Positions 28,482 through 38,339 of a stretch of 61,135 nt of DNA are shown piece after piece (position 1 is the first letter of the stretch; each line of letters starts with the position of its first letter). The stretch is taken from the NCBI GenBank assembly GCA_045632805.1, contig JAZQXI010000125.1:1-61135 (forward strand). Direction: 5' to 3'. A program made the position numbers and the translations under genes. This stretch comes from Eubacteriales bacterium (GTDB taxonomy: Bacteria; Bacillota; Clostridia; Oscillospirales; CAG-272). The notes under the pieces are model-generated. The model did no database searches, was not told the origin of the DNA, and saw nothing but the letters and a program-made list of their open reading frames with translations.

Positions 28482-29717
28482 TTATTCTTCATCAAGCTCC
28501 GCCTTCTGTTTCCTGCCCACGTCCTTACTATACTGCATAATCGATCCGCGGACGATGGTACTTGATCCAAAGCGGCGGCGGATGCCGTCGATGATCTTGT
28601 CAAGCTCTTTCTCGCGGTCTTTTTTTTCATCGGGGAAAATCGATAGCTGGGTGTTGTCCTCGCGGGTCAATTGTGTCAGTGCAAGCCCCAAAAGGCGCAG
28701 AGGAGTGCGGCGATCCCAAAGCTCCGAAAAGAGCTTTTTTGCCACCTCATAGACTTCGGAGGTAATATCTGTGGGGGAGAGCAAGGTTTTTTGATGCGAG
28801 CGGTCACGGAAATCGTTGCCGCGAATGGTGACCGCGACACAAGACGCGCGGCAACCGTCGTTTCGCATGCGCGAGGTTACGCTGTCGGCAAGTGCCAACA
28901 GTACGCGGTGTGCTTCCTCAACGGTCACAACGTCCTCGGCAAGGGTCGTTGAGTTGCTGTATCCCTTCGCTTCCTCGCTTTCGGATAGCACGGGGGAGTC
29001 ATCAATACCGTTTGCATAACGGAACAGATGGTCACCCATTTTGATTCCGAACATTGTGCGCAAACGCTCGGGCGAGGTTTTTGCAAGCTCACCAATGGTC
29101 AGAATCCGTGAACGGATCAGCTTTTCTGCCGTGGCGCGTCCAACCGTAAAAAGGTCTCCCACGGGGAGTCCCCACATTTTTTCTGCAATTTCGTTTGAAA
29201 AGAGCGTGTGAATGCGATCGGGCTTTTCAAAGTCGCTTGCCATCTTGGCAAGGAGCTTGTTTGAGCCGATCCCAATGTTTACGGTGAACCCAAGCGTGTC
29301 GCGAATTTCGTTTTTGATCCGCGCGGCAATCTCCAAGGGATCGGGATAGAGGCGGGAGGTGCCGCTCATATCCAAAAAGCACTCGTCAATGGAGACCTGC
29401 TCCACCACGGGCGCGTACTTTTGGCAGACTGCGATAAACGCGCGCGAGGAGGTGTGATAGAGATGAAAATCGGGGGAGGCGAGATAGAGGTGCGGACATT
29501 TTTTGAGCGCCTGCGCAATCGGCTCTCCCGTTTTGATGCCGAATTTTTTGGCGGGAATGGATTTGGCAAGGATCACACCGCGCCGCGCTTCACGGTCGCC
29601 CCCAATTGCGGAGGGGATCAAGCGCAGATCGGGTTCACCGTTTTGACAGCGCCGTGTTGCTTCCCAAGAGAGAAAGGCGCTGTTGACGTCTACGTGAAAG
29701 ATCAATCGTTCCGGCAT
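28482..29717 (-). CDS. dinB: Y-family DNA polymerase IV
   Basis: HVDVNSAFLSWE, SIDECFLD, and little-finger region with a C-terminal basic tail. Confidence 0.85.
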   Translation of the reverse strand: MPERLIFHVDVNSAFLSWEATRRCQNGEPDLRLIPSAIGGDREARRGVILAKSIPAKKFGIKTGEPIAQALKKCPHLYLASPDFHLYHTSSRAFIAVCQKYAPVVEQVSIDECFLDMSGTSRLYPDPLEIAARIKNEIRDTLGFTVNIGIGSNKLLAKMASDFEKPDRIHTLFSNEIAEKMWGLPVGDLFTVGRATAEKLIRSRILTIGELAKTSPERLRTMFGIKMGDHLFRYANGIDDSPVLSESEEAKGYSNSTTLAEDVVTVEEAHRVLLALADSVTSRMRNDGCRASCVAVTIRGNDFRDRSHQKTLLSPTDITSEVYEVAKKLFSELWDRRTPLRLLGLALTQLTREDNTQLSIFPDEKKDREKELDKIIDGIRRRFGSSTIVRGSIMQYSKDVGRKQKAELDEE

Positions 29718-29735
29718 CGCGCCTCTCCTTTCTTG

Positions 29736-31223
29736 TTATCTCTTTGCTCCCGCCGTGGCAGTGCTTTTGCAAAATTCTTCAATGATTACCCGTTCACAAA
29801 ACGGGAGCTTTTGCGTGCCGATCAATTGGTATTCCTCATGGCCTTTTCCCGCAAGGAGCAAAACGTCACCGTTTTTTGTTTCCTCCAAAGCCTGCAAAAT
29901 AGCACTTTTGCGGTCGGGATTTCGCCAATAAGGGGTATTCGTTCCTTCAAACGCGGCGGCGATTTCATCAATGATTGTATCCGGATCTTCGCGCCCGGGA
30001 TTGTCCGAGGTCAAAAAACAGAGATCGGCAAGTGTTGCGGCAGCCTTCCCAATCGATGTGCGGCGCAATTGAGAACGCTCACCGACAGAGCCAAAGAGAC
30101 AGATCAGGCGTCCTTTGACATATGGGCGGAGTGCGGAAAGGATCTGCCGCATGCTCTCTCCGTTGTGCGCGTAGTCGATCACGGCAACAGCTCCCGAGGG
30201 GAGAGGAATACACTCGCAACGCCCGACAACCGACGCGGTGGAGAGTGCGTCGGCTACGTTTTTTAGGGGGATTCCAAAAACACCGATCGCCGTACTTGCG
30301 GCAAGGAGCGCGTTGGATGCGTTACATCTGCCCAGCAGCGGAAGAGAGACGGAAACCGCCCCTTTTTTGTGCATCAAGGAAAAGGTAACGCCAAGGTGCC
30401 CGTTTTTCCAAGTTTCCTTAAGGTCTGCAGCGTAAAAATCTGCCGTTTTTTCGGTAGAACAGGTCAAAAGGCATGGCGCACTTGATCCCGCTACCATTTC
30501 CGCGGCATATGGATCATCGTCATTAAAAATGACATTTTGCAGGTCAAAATCGGTAAACAAGCGATGCTTACACGCCTTGTAATGTTCAAAATCGGGATGC
30601 TCCATGGGACCGATATGATCGGTATAGAGATTGGTAAAGAGCGCGGTTTCAAAGTGCGTTCCGTCCACGCGCTTTTGCATCAGCGCCTGTGAGGAGACCT
30701 CGATCACGGCGGTGTGAACGCCTGCATCAAGCATCTCACAAAGCGTTTTTTGAAGTGTTACAGCATCTGGAGTGGTATTACGGAGCGGCTTTTGAACGTT
30801 TTGGTAGAGCACTCCGTTGGTACCGATGTATCCCGTGGGGATCCCATTTTGGTTGAGAATATGAAACAACAGATGTGCCGTGGTGGTTTTTCCCTTGGTT
30901 CCCGTGATTCCGATGAGGTGCATTTTGCGGGAAGGATGACCGTAAAAGCGGCATGCGAGGTTTGCAAGTGTCATACGGGTGTCATCTGTCAGAAGCACCA
31001 AAGCATCCGAGGGAAGGGAAAGCGGACGACTTGCCACAAAGACGCGGCAACCGTTTTCATACGCACGAAAGGCAAGGTCATGCCCGTCGGCACGTGCTCC
31101 TTTGATGCAAACAAACACGCTCTCGCCATTTGCCAAGGATGTGTGTTCGGTAATGGAGGAGATCTCAAAGTCCACCGTCGGAATGACTTTCATTACCCCT
31201 TCGAACAGCTCGCGCATTCTCAT
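29736..31223 (-). CDS. murE: UDP-N-acetylmuramoyl-L-alanyl-D-glutamate--2,6-diaminopimelate (or L-Lys) ligase
   Basis: IGITGTKGKTTT P-loop, Mur ligase middle and C-terminal domains, and SDNPGRE where the DNPR motif normally sits. Confidence 0.85.
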   Translation of the reverse strand: MRMRELFEGVMKVIPTVDFEISSITEHTSLANGESVFVCIKGARADGHDLAFRAYENGCRVFVASRPLSLPSDALVLLTDDTRMTLANLACRFYGHPSRKMHLIGITGTKGKTTTAHLLFHILNQNGIPTGYIGTNGVLYQNVQKPLRNTTPDAVTLQKTLCEMLDAGVHTAVIEVSSQALMQKRVDGTHFETALFTNLYTDHIGPMEHPDFEHYKACKHRLFTDFDLQNVIFNDDDPYAAEMVAGSSAPCLLTCSTEKTADFYAADLKETWKNGHLGVTFSLMHKKGAVSVSLPLLGRCNASNALLAASTAIGVFGIPLKNVADALSTASVVGRCECIPLPSGAVAVIDYAHNGESMRQILSALRPYVKGRLICLFGSVGERSQLRRTSIGKAAATLADLCFLTSDNPGREDPDTIIDEIAAAFEGTNTPYWRNPDRKSAILQALEETKNGDVLLLAGKGHEEYQLIGTQKLPFCERVIIEEFCKSTATAGAKR

Positions 31224-31963
31224 TTGGACGCCTCCGCGCGGTCAAAATCCGCAGAGAAGCCAATCGGCTCTTTATTGCACGAGAGGATGGTGCGGTACGC
31301 CAACACATCAAGTGAATCGACAAAGATATCGCCGCCGAGTCCCGCTTTTTTCAGTAGCGACAGCTCGGTGCATCCCAAAACCAAGCGCTGACATCCGCGA
31401 GCGCAAAGGGAATTGGCAACGCGCAAAAACGCTTCAAGATCGGGGGATTTATTTTGTTTGATCTGATCGTAAATGATCGAGGTGATCACCTCCTGCTCGC
31501 GTTCATCCGGTGTCAGAACGCGTATCCCATGCGCACGCGCGATCTGCTCGTACGCACCGGAACCAACCGTTCCCTCGGTGGCAAGCAGTCCCACGGTATC
31601 AACGCCTTGACGGGATAGGTGCTTGACCGTTTCTTCAATGATGTTGAGAATGGGGACGCGGCACTGACGTGCGATCCCATCATAAAAATAGTGCGCTGTG
31701 TTGCAGGGGATGACGATCAGATCAACTCCCGCGCGCTCCAATCGCTGTGCTTCTTCGATCATAACGGGTAACGGGTCTTTTTCGGATCTTCCCAAAATAA
31801 ACGCCGTTCGGTCGGGAGTCGAGGCGCGGCTGCTGATGAGCATGTCGATGTGATCACCGTCACGTAAGGCTTTGGTGTGACGGTTGAGCAGCTCGCAAAA
31901 ATAGACGGTGGACATCGGTCCCAAGCCTCCAAGGACACCAAGCAGGATATTCGGTTGCTTCAT
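31220..31963 (-). CDS. Aspartate/glutamate racemase-family amino-acid racemase
   Basis: LGGLGPMST and a later LGCTELS catalytic-Cys region. AAAGGAGG RBS. 4-nt overlap with murE. Confidence 0.8.
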   Translation of the reverse strand: MKQPNILLGVLGGLGPMSTVYFCELLNRHTKALRDGDHIDMLISSRASTPDRTAFILGRSEKDPLPVMIEEAQRLERAGVDLIVIPCNTAHYFYDGIARQCRVPILNIIEETVKHLSRQGVDTVGLLATEGTVGSGAYEQIARAHGIRVLTPDEREQEVITSIIYDQIKQNKSPDLEAFLRVANSLCARGCQRLVLGCTELSLLKKAGLGGDIFVDSLDVLAYRTILSCNKEPIGFSADFDRAEASK

Positions 31964-32382
31964 AGGTATTCCTCCTTTGGTGTTGGAATTACGGGGACAT
32001 CCTCGCCAAACCATACGCGGTACATTTCTGCCCGGTCGGCAATGACGAATCGGGATTCCAGTTCCTCATGACAGCCCCATACAAGATTGGCGTATTCCTC
32101 AGTTCCCGGGATGAGGTAAAGAATGACGTCCTTGTTACCAAGCTGTTCCGCAAAATCGTTGAGTGCCTGTATCATCAATCGCTGATCTTTGGTGCGACGG
32201 ATGATATGAAATTTCATACAAAGTGAGAGGCGCAGAGATAGCGGCACTTTGTTGCAGAACACGTGCGACACCACACCGTAACGTTGATACATGCGGTGCG
32301 CGGTTTCGCTGACCTCAAATGACACGCCCAGCAACACGGGAATCAACTCGCCCGATAGCACGTCTTCCATAATGTAGTCCAT
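31960..32382 (-). pseudogene. 140-aa ORF resembling only the N-terminal (pre-ATP-grasp) part of carboxylate-amine/D-aspartate-ligase-type ATP-grasp enzymes; a truncated remnant or a stand-alone domain
   Basis: The pattern IPVLLG...AHRMYQRYGVVSHVF...LYLIPGTEEYANLV...ELESRF matches my recollection of that family's N-terminus. No ATP-grasp core follows it. GAAAGGAGAGG RBS. 4-nt overlap with the racemase gene. Confidence 0.35.
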
Positions 32383-32540
32383 TTTACCTCTCCTTTCGTC
32401 GATATTATTTATATTATAACATATTTGAGAACAAAAAGAAAGCACCGCGCGAAAATAGTTGCAGAATTTTTTGGAAAACTCTTGCATTCAAGGGCTTTTT
32501 TCGATATAATAGAGGGGAATTGATAAGGATTGTGTGACGT

Positions 32541-33137
32541 ATGAAAAAAGAAAAGATTTATCGGGTGTTCTCACACCTGCCCGAGCTTACCACCGAGCGC
32601 TTGACCCTGCGCAAGATGCTGGTGGCAGATGCTTCGGATATGTATGAATATGCCGCGCGCCCCGAGGTGACCAAGTATCTTACGTGGCAGCCGCATCCGG
32701 ACCGCGACTATACCCGCGAATATCTCCAGTATCTCGGTAACCGCTATGCGGCAGGGATGTTTTACGATTGGGCGATCGTGTACGAACCCGATTGCAAGAT
32801 GGTCGGTACTTGTGGTTTTACCGCGTTTAACTGCACCTCCGACAGCGCCGAGGTCGGTTACGTTCTCAACCCCGAGTATTGGGGAAAGGGGATCGCGCCC
32901 GAAGCCTTGACACGTGTGCTGGAGTTCGGATTTGACGACTTGGGACTCCACCGTATCGAAGCCAGATTTATTGAGGAAAACGATCGTTCCCGCCGCGTGA
33001 TGGAAAAGGTTGGCATGCGCTTTGAGGGTGTTTTGCGCGAGGGAATGTTGGTCAAGGGCAATTATGTGAACGTTGGTATTTGCTCCATTTTGGAATCGGA
33101 ATGGCGTGAAAAGCACGGCAAAAAGAAGAAAAAGTGA
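32541..33137 (+). CDS. GNAT-family N-acetyltransferase (RimJ/RimL-like)
   Basis: Has TERLTLRK at the N-terminus, WGKGIAPEA in the acetyl-CoA-binding region, and LHRIEA. Upstream promoter is TTGCAT, 17 nt, TATAAT. Confidence 0.8.
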   Translation: MKKEKIYRVFSHLPELTTERLTLRKMLVADASDMYEYAARPEVTKYLTWQPHPDRDYTREYLQYLGNRYAAGMFYDWAIVYEPDCKMVGTCGFTAFNCTSDSAEVGYVLNPEYWGKGIAPEALTRVLEFGFDDLGLHRIEARFIEENDRSRRVMEKVGMRFEGVLREGMLVKGNYVNVGICSILESEWREKHGKKKKK

Positions 33138-33206
33138 ATAGCCTGTTCATGGCAAGGCAACAATCGGGGTACGGGGTATCCCGATTTTTGTTTTGGAGGA
33201 ATCGAA

Positions 33207-33767
33207 ATGGCTGTTTACACAAAGGCAGGAGTGCCGGTCGAGCATCTTGCGGGTACGGAGACCGAGCGTAATCTTCACACCGCGCTCTCTGGAGAGTCAC
33301 AGGCGTATCTGCGGTACAAATGGTTTGAGAAGAAGGCAAAGGACGACGGGTACGTGGAAATTTCAGAGCTTTTCCGCGATACTGCCGCCAATGAAATGGA
33401 GCATGCGGAGATCTGGTTCCGCTATCTTGGCGGATGGAGCGGAACGGAAAAAAATTTGGACGTCGCCGCATCGGGGGAGCAGTTCGAGTGGGCGACCATG
33501 TACGCGGACTTTGAAAAGACCGCACGTGCCGAAGGATTTGAGGAGATCGCACAGCTCTTTTCACGCGTGGCAAGCATTGAAAAAATGCACGAGGAGAACT
33601 ACCGCCGTGAGCTGGAGCGTCTGAAAAACAACGAGGTGTTTACCTCGGGGAGCGAAAGCACCAAGTGGATCTGCATCAACTGCGGCTATGTGGTCGAGGG
33701 GAAGGAGCCGCCGCGCGTATGTCCTACCTGCTCGCATCCGCAGGGGTATTTTAAAATCAAGCAGTAA
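33207..33767 (+). CDS. rbr: Rubrerythrin
   Basis: Ferritin-like ExxH motifs (GESQAY, EMEHAEIW, EKMHEENY) plus a C-terminal rubredoxin-like CINCGY...CPTCSHP. Confidence 0.9.
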   Translation: MAVYTKAGVPVEHLAGTETERNLHTALSGESQAYLRYKWFEKKAKDDGYVEISELFRDTAANEMEHAEIWFRYLGGWSGTEKNLDVAASGEQFEWATMYADFEKTARAEGFEEIAQLFSRVASIEKMHEENYRRELERLKNNEVFTSGSESTKWICINCGYVVEGKEPPRVCPTCSHPQGYFKIKQ

Positions 33768-33771
33768 TCTC

Positions 33772-33808
33772 ATCAAGAAAGGGGGGCAAATTTGCCCCCT
33801 TTCTTGAT
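33772..33808. terminator. Bidirectional terminator (ATCAAGAAAGGGGGGCAAA/TTTGCCCCCTTTCTTGAT)
   Basis: Near-perfect palindrome between convergent genes. Confidence 0.7.
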
Positions 33809-33809
33809 C

Positions 33810-35543
33810 CTATTTCTTTCGATTTGCAATCACTTCCACAATTCCCATGGCAACCCCGAACAATCCCCCCGCAAGGAGCCCGATCAGCCACCACGGAGTC
33901 GTCATAAACAAATCGGGAAATTCACCAAGCGTTCCCGTAAAGAGGCAGGTTAAAAATTCGATCAGAATAAAGCCCAGCGTCATAAAGAAGCCGAAAAACG
34001 TTCCCATAAATAACACGCAAAAGAGGAAGAGCAGAATGGAAGAACCAAGCGTTGCGCTTGCGTCCTGCTTCTTTTCCGTTCGGCTCATGTGCCGCATTTC
34101 TGCCTTTTTGACGGCAATGTCCACGGCAAGATCAAGATCCTCAGATTCAAGCCCGTTGTCCGCATCCCCAAAAAAGAGGTTGCAATCGGTCGTGGCGAAA
34201 AATCGTTTTCCGTTCGCGCTGAAGAGACAGTCGGTAACGTCGGGAGATTGCTCACCATGCTTGAGGAGTGCCGTTCCCACTAAAAAGCGGAACGTGCAGG
34301 TGTTTTGCGATGCCGACTCGCGGCAATGCACGTGAAAGACAGCGCGATGCGTTGGCCCTACGAAATAGGACATCCCATAGGAGGATCGCACGTGAAGCCC
34401 GCGGATCTCACCCTCCTTCACAAAATCGGGGTATTTCCCCGAGTAACCGTATGTGTGCATACGCTTTTCGATTCGATGGCGCCAAGCGGAGAGGGGAACA
34501 TCGGAGAGATAAAACGCGTCGGTTGTCGTGTATTCTTCTTGCGAAGCACAAATTTGAGTGTAAAGCTCACGCCAAAGCGGTTCGCCTTTCTTTTGGTTTA
34601 AGACGCTTCGGAGCTTTTGTGAGAGCGAAAGAAAGGAATGAGAGGTCGCCTCTTTTCCCTGCATGCTTTTCAACACGTCACACGCCTTGTCAAGCTGGTA
34701 ATCTTTTAAGAGCGTTAACAAAAGAGGATATTCCAACACGCGCGCGTCATCCGATACGCCCGAATCATGCGTAAGACTTGCCAATTCCCGCAAAAGAGGG
34801 AGGAGTGCCTTCTCTTTTTCATTGCACGGCAATTTTAAGTACTCCTTGGAGCAAATTTCGGCACTTTGCGCGATGAGACGATCCCATGGCGAATCGGAAA
34901 GATCCTCCCAATCCGCGCGAAAGACCGTGCGCTCATACGTTGCATCGGTAAAGGAGAGGTCAAACAGCTCTCTTTCTCCGTCGGGGTCCCGTATCAACGT
35001 GCCGCAAATGTGATACCGTTCATCCTGTTTGAAAAAGCTCAGATCGCAAAGCTCGCACCCGGCAATTTCACTGTGGGGAACGCCTTGTGCGTCATAGAGG
35101 ATCAGCGCAGAATCATAGACGTATTCACAATTGAGGGGCAGTCGCAAGGCTCCGTTTTTCAAAAGTGCATCATAGGGCCATTCCGTCATCCATAAAAGCT
35201 CCGCCACCTCATGCTGCGCATCGGCATCCCAATCAGGGGTTAATTTTGCCACCAACGCCTCATTCGCACTCTTTTGATCCTCTATGCGTGCTTGATGCGC
35301 GTCGTAAAAGGCGTGCAAGCGCGAAAAGATCTCTCGGTCGCTTACGTCGCAAGAAAGATACGAGCGAGCTTCCTCGGATAAGCCATCAAGCTCCTCGGAA
35401 AAGATCTCGAACAGCTTTTTTCGCGCTTTTTTCTGCTTTGCCGCACGCGCATCGCAAATATTCAAGCCGTACATGATCTCGGCGTAAGAGTATAGATTTG
35501 CAAGCGTTTCCAAATCCTTTGGGGCAAGCGTTACCGTAAGCAT
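33810..35543 (-). CDS. Hypothetical protein (about 577 aa): large cytoplasmic region plus C-terminal TM helices
   Basis: No motif I recognise. The C-terminus ILLFLFCVLFMGTFFGFFMTLGFILIEFL...WWLIGLLAGGLFGVAMGIV is hydrophobic. AAGGAG RBS before ATG 35543. Confidence 0.55.
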   Translation of the reverse strand: MLTVTLAPKDLETLANLYSYAEIMYGLNICDARAAKQKKARKKLFEIFSEELDGLSEEARSYLSCDVSDREIFSRLHAFYDAHQARIEDQKSANEALVAKLTPDWDADAQHEVAELLWMTEWPYDALLKNGALRLPLNCEYVYDSALILYDAQGVPHSEIAGCELCDLSFFKQDERYHICGTLIRDPDGERELFDLSFTDATYERTVFRADWEDLSDSPWDRLIAQSAEICSKEYLKLPCNEKEKALLPLLRELASLTHDSGVSDDARVLEYPLLLTLLKDYQLDKACDVLKSMQGKEATSHSFLSLSQKLRSVLNQKKGEPLWRELYTQICASQEEYTTTDAFYLSDVPLSAWRHRIEKRMHTYGYSGKYPDFVKEGEIRGLHVRSSYGMSYFVGPTHRAVFHVHCRESASQNTCTFRFLVGTALLKHGEQSPDVTDCLFSANGKRFFATTDCNLFFGDADNGLESEDLDLAVDIAVKKAEMRHMSRTEKKQDASATLGSSILLFLFCVLFMGTFFGFFMTLGFILIEFLTCLFTGTLGEFPDLFMTTPWWLIGLLAGGLFGVAMGIVEVIANRKK

Positions 35544-35734
35544 TCCAAGGCTCCTTTTCCACATATTTGTTTCATTATAACACGCCACCGTGGTTTTGTC
35601 AATTGAACGGACGGTTTTTGACAGAATAAATGTCAGTCAAGCGCACCAAGAATTTTTGAAAATGGAATAGGCTTGTTCTAAAATCCAATCACCCCCCATA
35701 TATTGTAACAACGCGATATATGGGAGGTTTTGTG

Positions 35735-37213
35735 ATGCCTGAGCATTCAATTTACAAGGATATAGCAGAGCGTACGGGGGGCGACATTTACGTTGGAGTT
35801 GTGGGACCCGTGCGAAGCGGAAAGTCTACCTTTATCAAACGCTTTATGGAGGCGGTCGTGCTTCCAAACATCGGGGAGGGGTATTCCCGAGAGAGAGCCC
35901 GTGACGAGCTTCCGCAATCGGCGGCGGGCAAGACCGTAATGACCACCGAACCCAAATTCATCCCCGAGGACGCTGTTCCCGTGGTACTGGATAACAACGC
36001 ACAGATGCGTGTGCGCATGATCGATTGTGTGGGGTATTTGATCCCCGAGGCAATGGGAGCGATTGAAAACGGACAGCCGCGAATGGTCAGAACCCCTTGG
36101 CGCGAGGAACCGATGCCCTTTGTCGAGGCGGCGGAGATGGGAACGCATAAGGTTATCACCGAACATTCCACCATTGGCATGTTGGTCACCACCGACGGAT
36201 CGATCGGAGACATCCCGCGAGATGCCTATATCGAGGCGGAGGAACGGATCGTCAAAGAACTCAAAGGGCTCGGCAAACCCTTTGCGGTCATTCTCAATTC
36301 CGCTCGTCCCGAAAGCGAAAACAGCCGTACGCTTGCATACGAATTGGAAGAAAAATACGGTGTTCCTGTGGCGCTTGTAAGCTGTTTGGAGCTTGACGCC
36401 GAGGATATCCGCCATATTTTGGGGCTTGTACTGGAGGAATTTCCCGTTACCGAGATCAAGCTTCGTATGCCCGAATGGATGAACGCGTTGGACGAGAGCC
36501 ACCGTATCCGCACGTCTATCCGTACGTCTCTTTGCAAGTGTGCCGACGGCGTTCACAAGGCAGGGGATGTCAAGGGGGCATTCGACGGCATGCGTGAGAA
36601 TGAATATATCGAGAATGCAGCATTGGATCTGTTGGATCTTGGCACAGGGCGTGCTTTGATTACGCTTTCTATGCGGGAAGGGCTTTATTACGAGGTCATC
36701 AGCGAATTGACGGGCTTTTCGATCGAAGGTGAGCGTGAATTGATCGCGTTGATGCGTGATCTTGCCGAGATGAAAGCCAAATACGACAAGGTTGCAGAGG
36801 CTTTGGAGCAGGTCAACGAAAAGGGGTACGGAATCGTCATGCCCGACGTCGAGGATCTGCATTTGGAAGAGCCGCAGATCGTCAAGCAATCCGGCGGATA
36901 CGGAGTCAAGCTGCGCGCGGGTGCGCAATCCGTGCATATGATCCGTGCCAATATCGAAGCGGAGATCAACCCGATGGTGGGGACCGAGCAGCAGTCCGAG
37001 GATCTGGTGCGATACATGCTCAAGGAATTCGAGGAGGATCCCAAAAGCATTTGGGAGTCCAACATGTTCGGCAAATCCCTTTATGAGCTTGTCAATGAGG
37101 GGCTTCATACCAAGCTCGACCATATGCCGGAGGAATCCCGCAAGAAGCTTTCCGAGACCTTGGAGCGTATTATCAACGAGGGCAGCAGCGGACTCATCTG
37201 CATTTTGCTGTAA
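35735..37213 (+). CDS. spoIVA: Stage IV sporulation protein A (spore coat morphogenetic ATPase)
   Basis: IYKDIAERTGGDIYVGVVGPVRSGKSTFIKRFM (Walker A). 492 aa. GGAGG RBS. Confidence 0.95.
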   Translation: MPEHSIYKDIAERTGGDIYVGVVGPVRSGKSTFIKRFMEAVVLPNIGEGYSRERARDELPQSAAGKTVMTTEPKFIPEDAVPVVLDNNAQMRVRMIDCVGYLIPEAMGAIENGQPRMVRTPWREEPMPFVEAAEMGTHKVITEHSTIGMLVTTDGSIGDIPRDAYIEAEERIVKELKGLGKPFAVILNSARPESENSRTLAYELEEKYGVPVALVSCLELDAEDIRHILGLVLEEFPVTEIKLRMPEWMNALDESHRIRTSIRTSLCKCADGVHKAGDVKGAFDGMRENEYIENAALDLLDLGTGRALITLSMREGLYYEVISELTGFSIEGERELIALMRDLAEMKAKYDKVAEALEQVNEKGYGIVMPDVEDLHLEEPQIVKQSGGYGVKLRAGAQSVHMIRANIEAEINPMVGTEQQSEDLVRYMLKEFEEDPKSIWESNMFGKSLYELVNEGLHTKLDHMPEESRKKLSETLERIINEGSSGLICILL

Positions 37214-37219
37214 CAAAGC

Positions 37220-37255
37220 AGGTGCTGTCTCAAATGGTAATTTGAGACAGCACCT
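37220..37255. terminator. Hairpin AGGTGCTGTCTCAAAT-GGTA-ATTTGAGACAGCACCT after spoIVA (no clear U-tract)
   Basis: 16-bp perfect stem read directly. Confidence 0.45.
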
Positions 37256-37329
37256 CGCACGAAAAAGGCGATGGTAGGCTTTTTTGTGCCGGGGAATTTG
37301 CGGCGCTACAGCCGCAAAGCAAAAATCAC

Positions 37330-37374
37330 GGGGGTGTCGACCAAATGCGAGACGCATTTGAGACACCCCCTTTT
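37330..37374. terminator. Bidirectional terminator hairpin GGGGGTGTC..CAAATGCG-AGA-CGCATTTG.GACACCCCC flanked by A- and T-runs
   Basis: Read directly, immediately downstream of the minus-strand CPBP gene. Confidence 0.6.
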
Positions 37375-37377
37375 ATA

Positions 37378-38148
37378 CTATGAAATGTGATGTTCGTGCA
37401 AATGAATCGGCGCCAGATGCTTTTGCTCGCGGTTCAGGCAATAAAGTACGATGCCCGCAATGATCAAACAAACACAGTAGAGCGAATCCAATACCGATCT
37501 CCATTCGTGAAAAAACGGCTTTTCCGCAAACAGGGTGGAGAAGGTGTTTAGCACGTTCATGGACAAGTGTGCCAATGCCGACACCCAGATGTTTTGTACC
37601 TTGGCGTAAAGCGTCAGTGAGAAGAATCCAAAAGAGGTTGTCAGCGCCGTTTGCCAAAGCACTTCCTCTAACATCGAGGGGTCAAGCAGGATGTAAAGCA
37701 GGTGCGAAAGTCCAAATCCAAGGACCAGTACCGCCAACGCTCCGATGCTGTAGGAGTCGTTGCGCTCAAACAGCATCTGCCCGACGTAATGAAAGAATAG
37801 CTCTTCCCATACGATGGTGGTCAGCATACCGATGATTCCAAGCAGTAAAATATCAAGCGCGGGCGTGATGTTTGGGTGTCCCGTGTTGACCAAGGCACTA
37901 AAGATCAGCGGAAGAAGCAAAAAGAGCAGATAAGGCGTGAAAAATTTGCCCCCAAAGAGGATGCGCGCGTTTTTGAGGCGCACCATGATCAGAAGCATGA
38001 ACAGAATAGGCGGGAGCTTGCATAAGATTGCAAACAAGGAGTGCGTGCCGAGCCAATGATCCAGCGCGTGCCCCAAAAGGTTGAGAAACGTACAGATCAT
38101 CGTTCCCGAAAGATAGAGCAGCGTGGCTTTTTTAAACGAAACAGTCAT
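37378..38148 (-). CDS. CPBP-family intramembrane glutamic endopeptidase (CAAX protease-like)
   Basis: Multi-TM protein with a WEELFFHYVG motif (EExxxR-like) and downstream SALAHLSMN. Confidence 0.65.
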   Translation of the reverse strand: MTVSFKKATLLYLSGTMICTFLNLLGHALDHWLGTHSLFAILCKLPPILFMLLIMVRLKNARILFGGKFFTPYLLFLLLPLIFSALVNTGHPNITPALDILLLGIIGMLTTIVWEELFFHYVGQMLFERNDSYSIGALAVLVLGFGLSHLLYILLDPSMLEEVLWQTALTTSFGFFSLTLYAKVQNIWVSALAHLSMNVLNTFSTLFAEKPFFHEWRSVLDSLYCVCLIIAGIVLYCLNREQKHLAPIHLHEHHIS

Positions 38149-38339
38149 GCGTACGGTATCCTTTCGACTTTTTTTTAGTATACCATATTTTTCCCGATTT
38201 GTCAACGCAGAGCGCAAAGTGGCAAAAGGCGCTTTTTCTTAAAAATGTATCTTTTTTGTGATTTTTTCGTTCTCCCGTTGACGGGAAGCTTTTTTTGCGC
38301 TATAATAAACAAAGAAAAAAACGGAGAGGAGGGCGGTTG

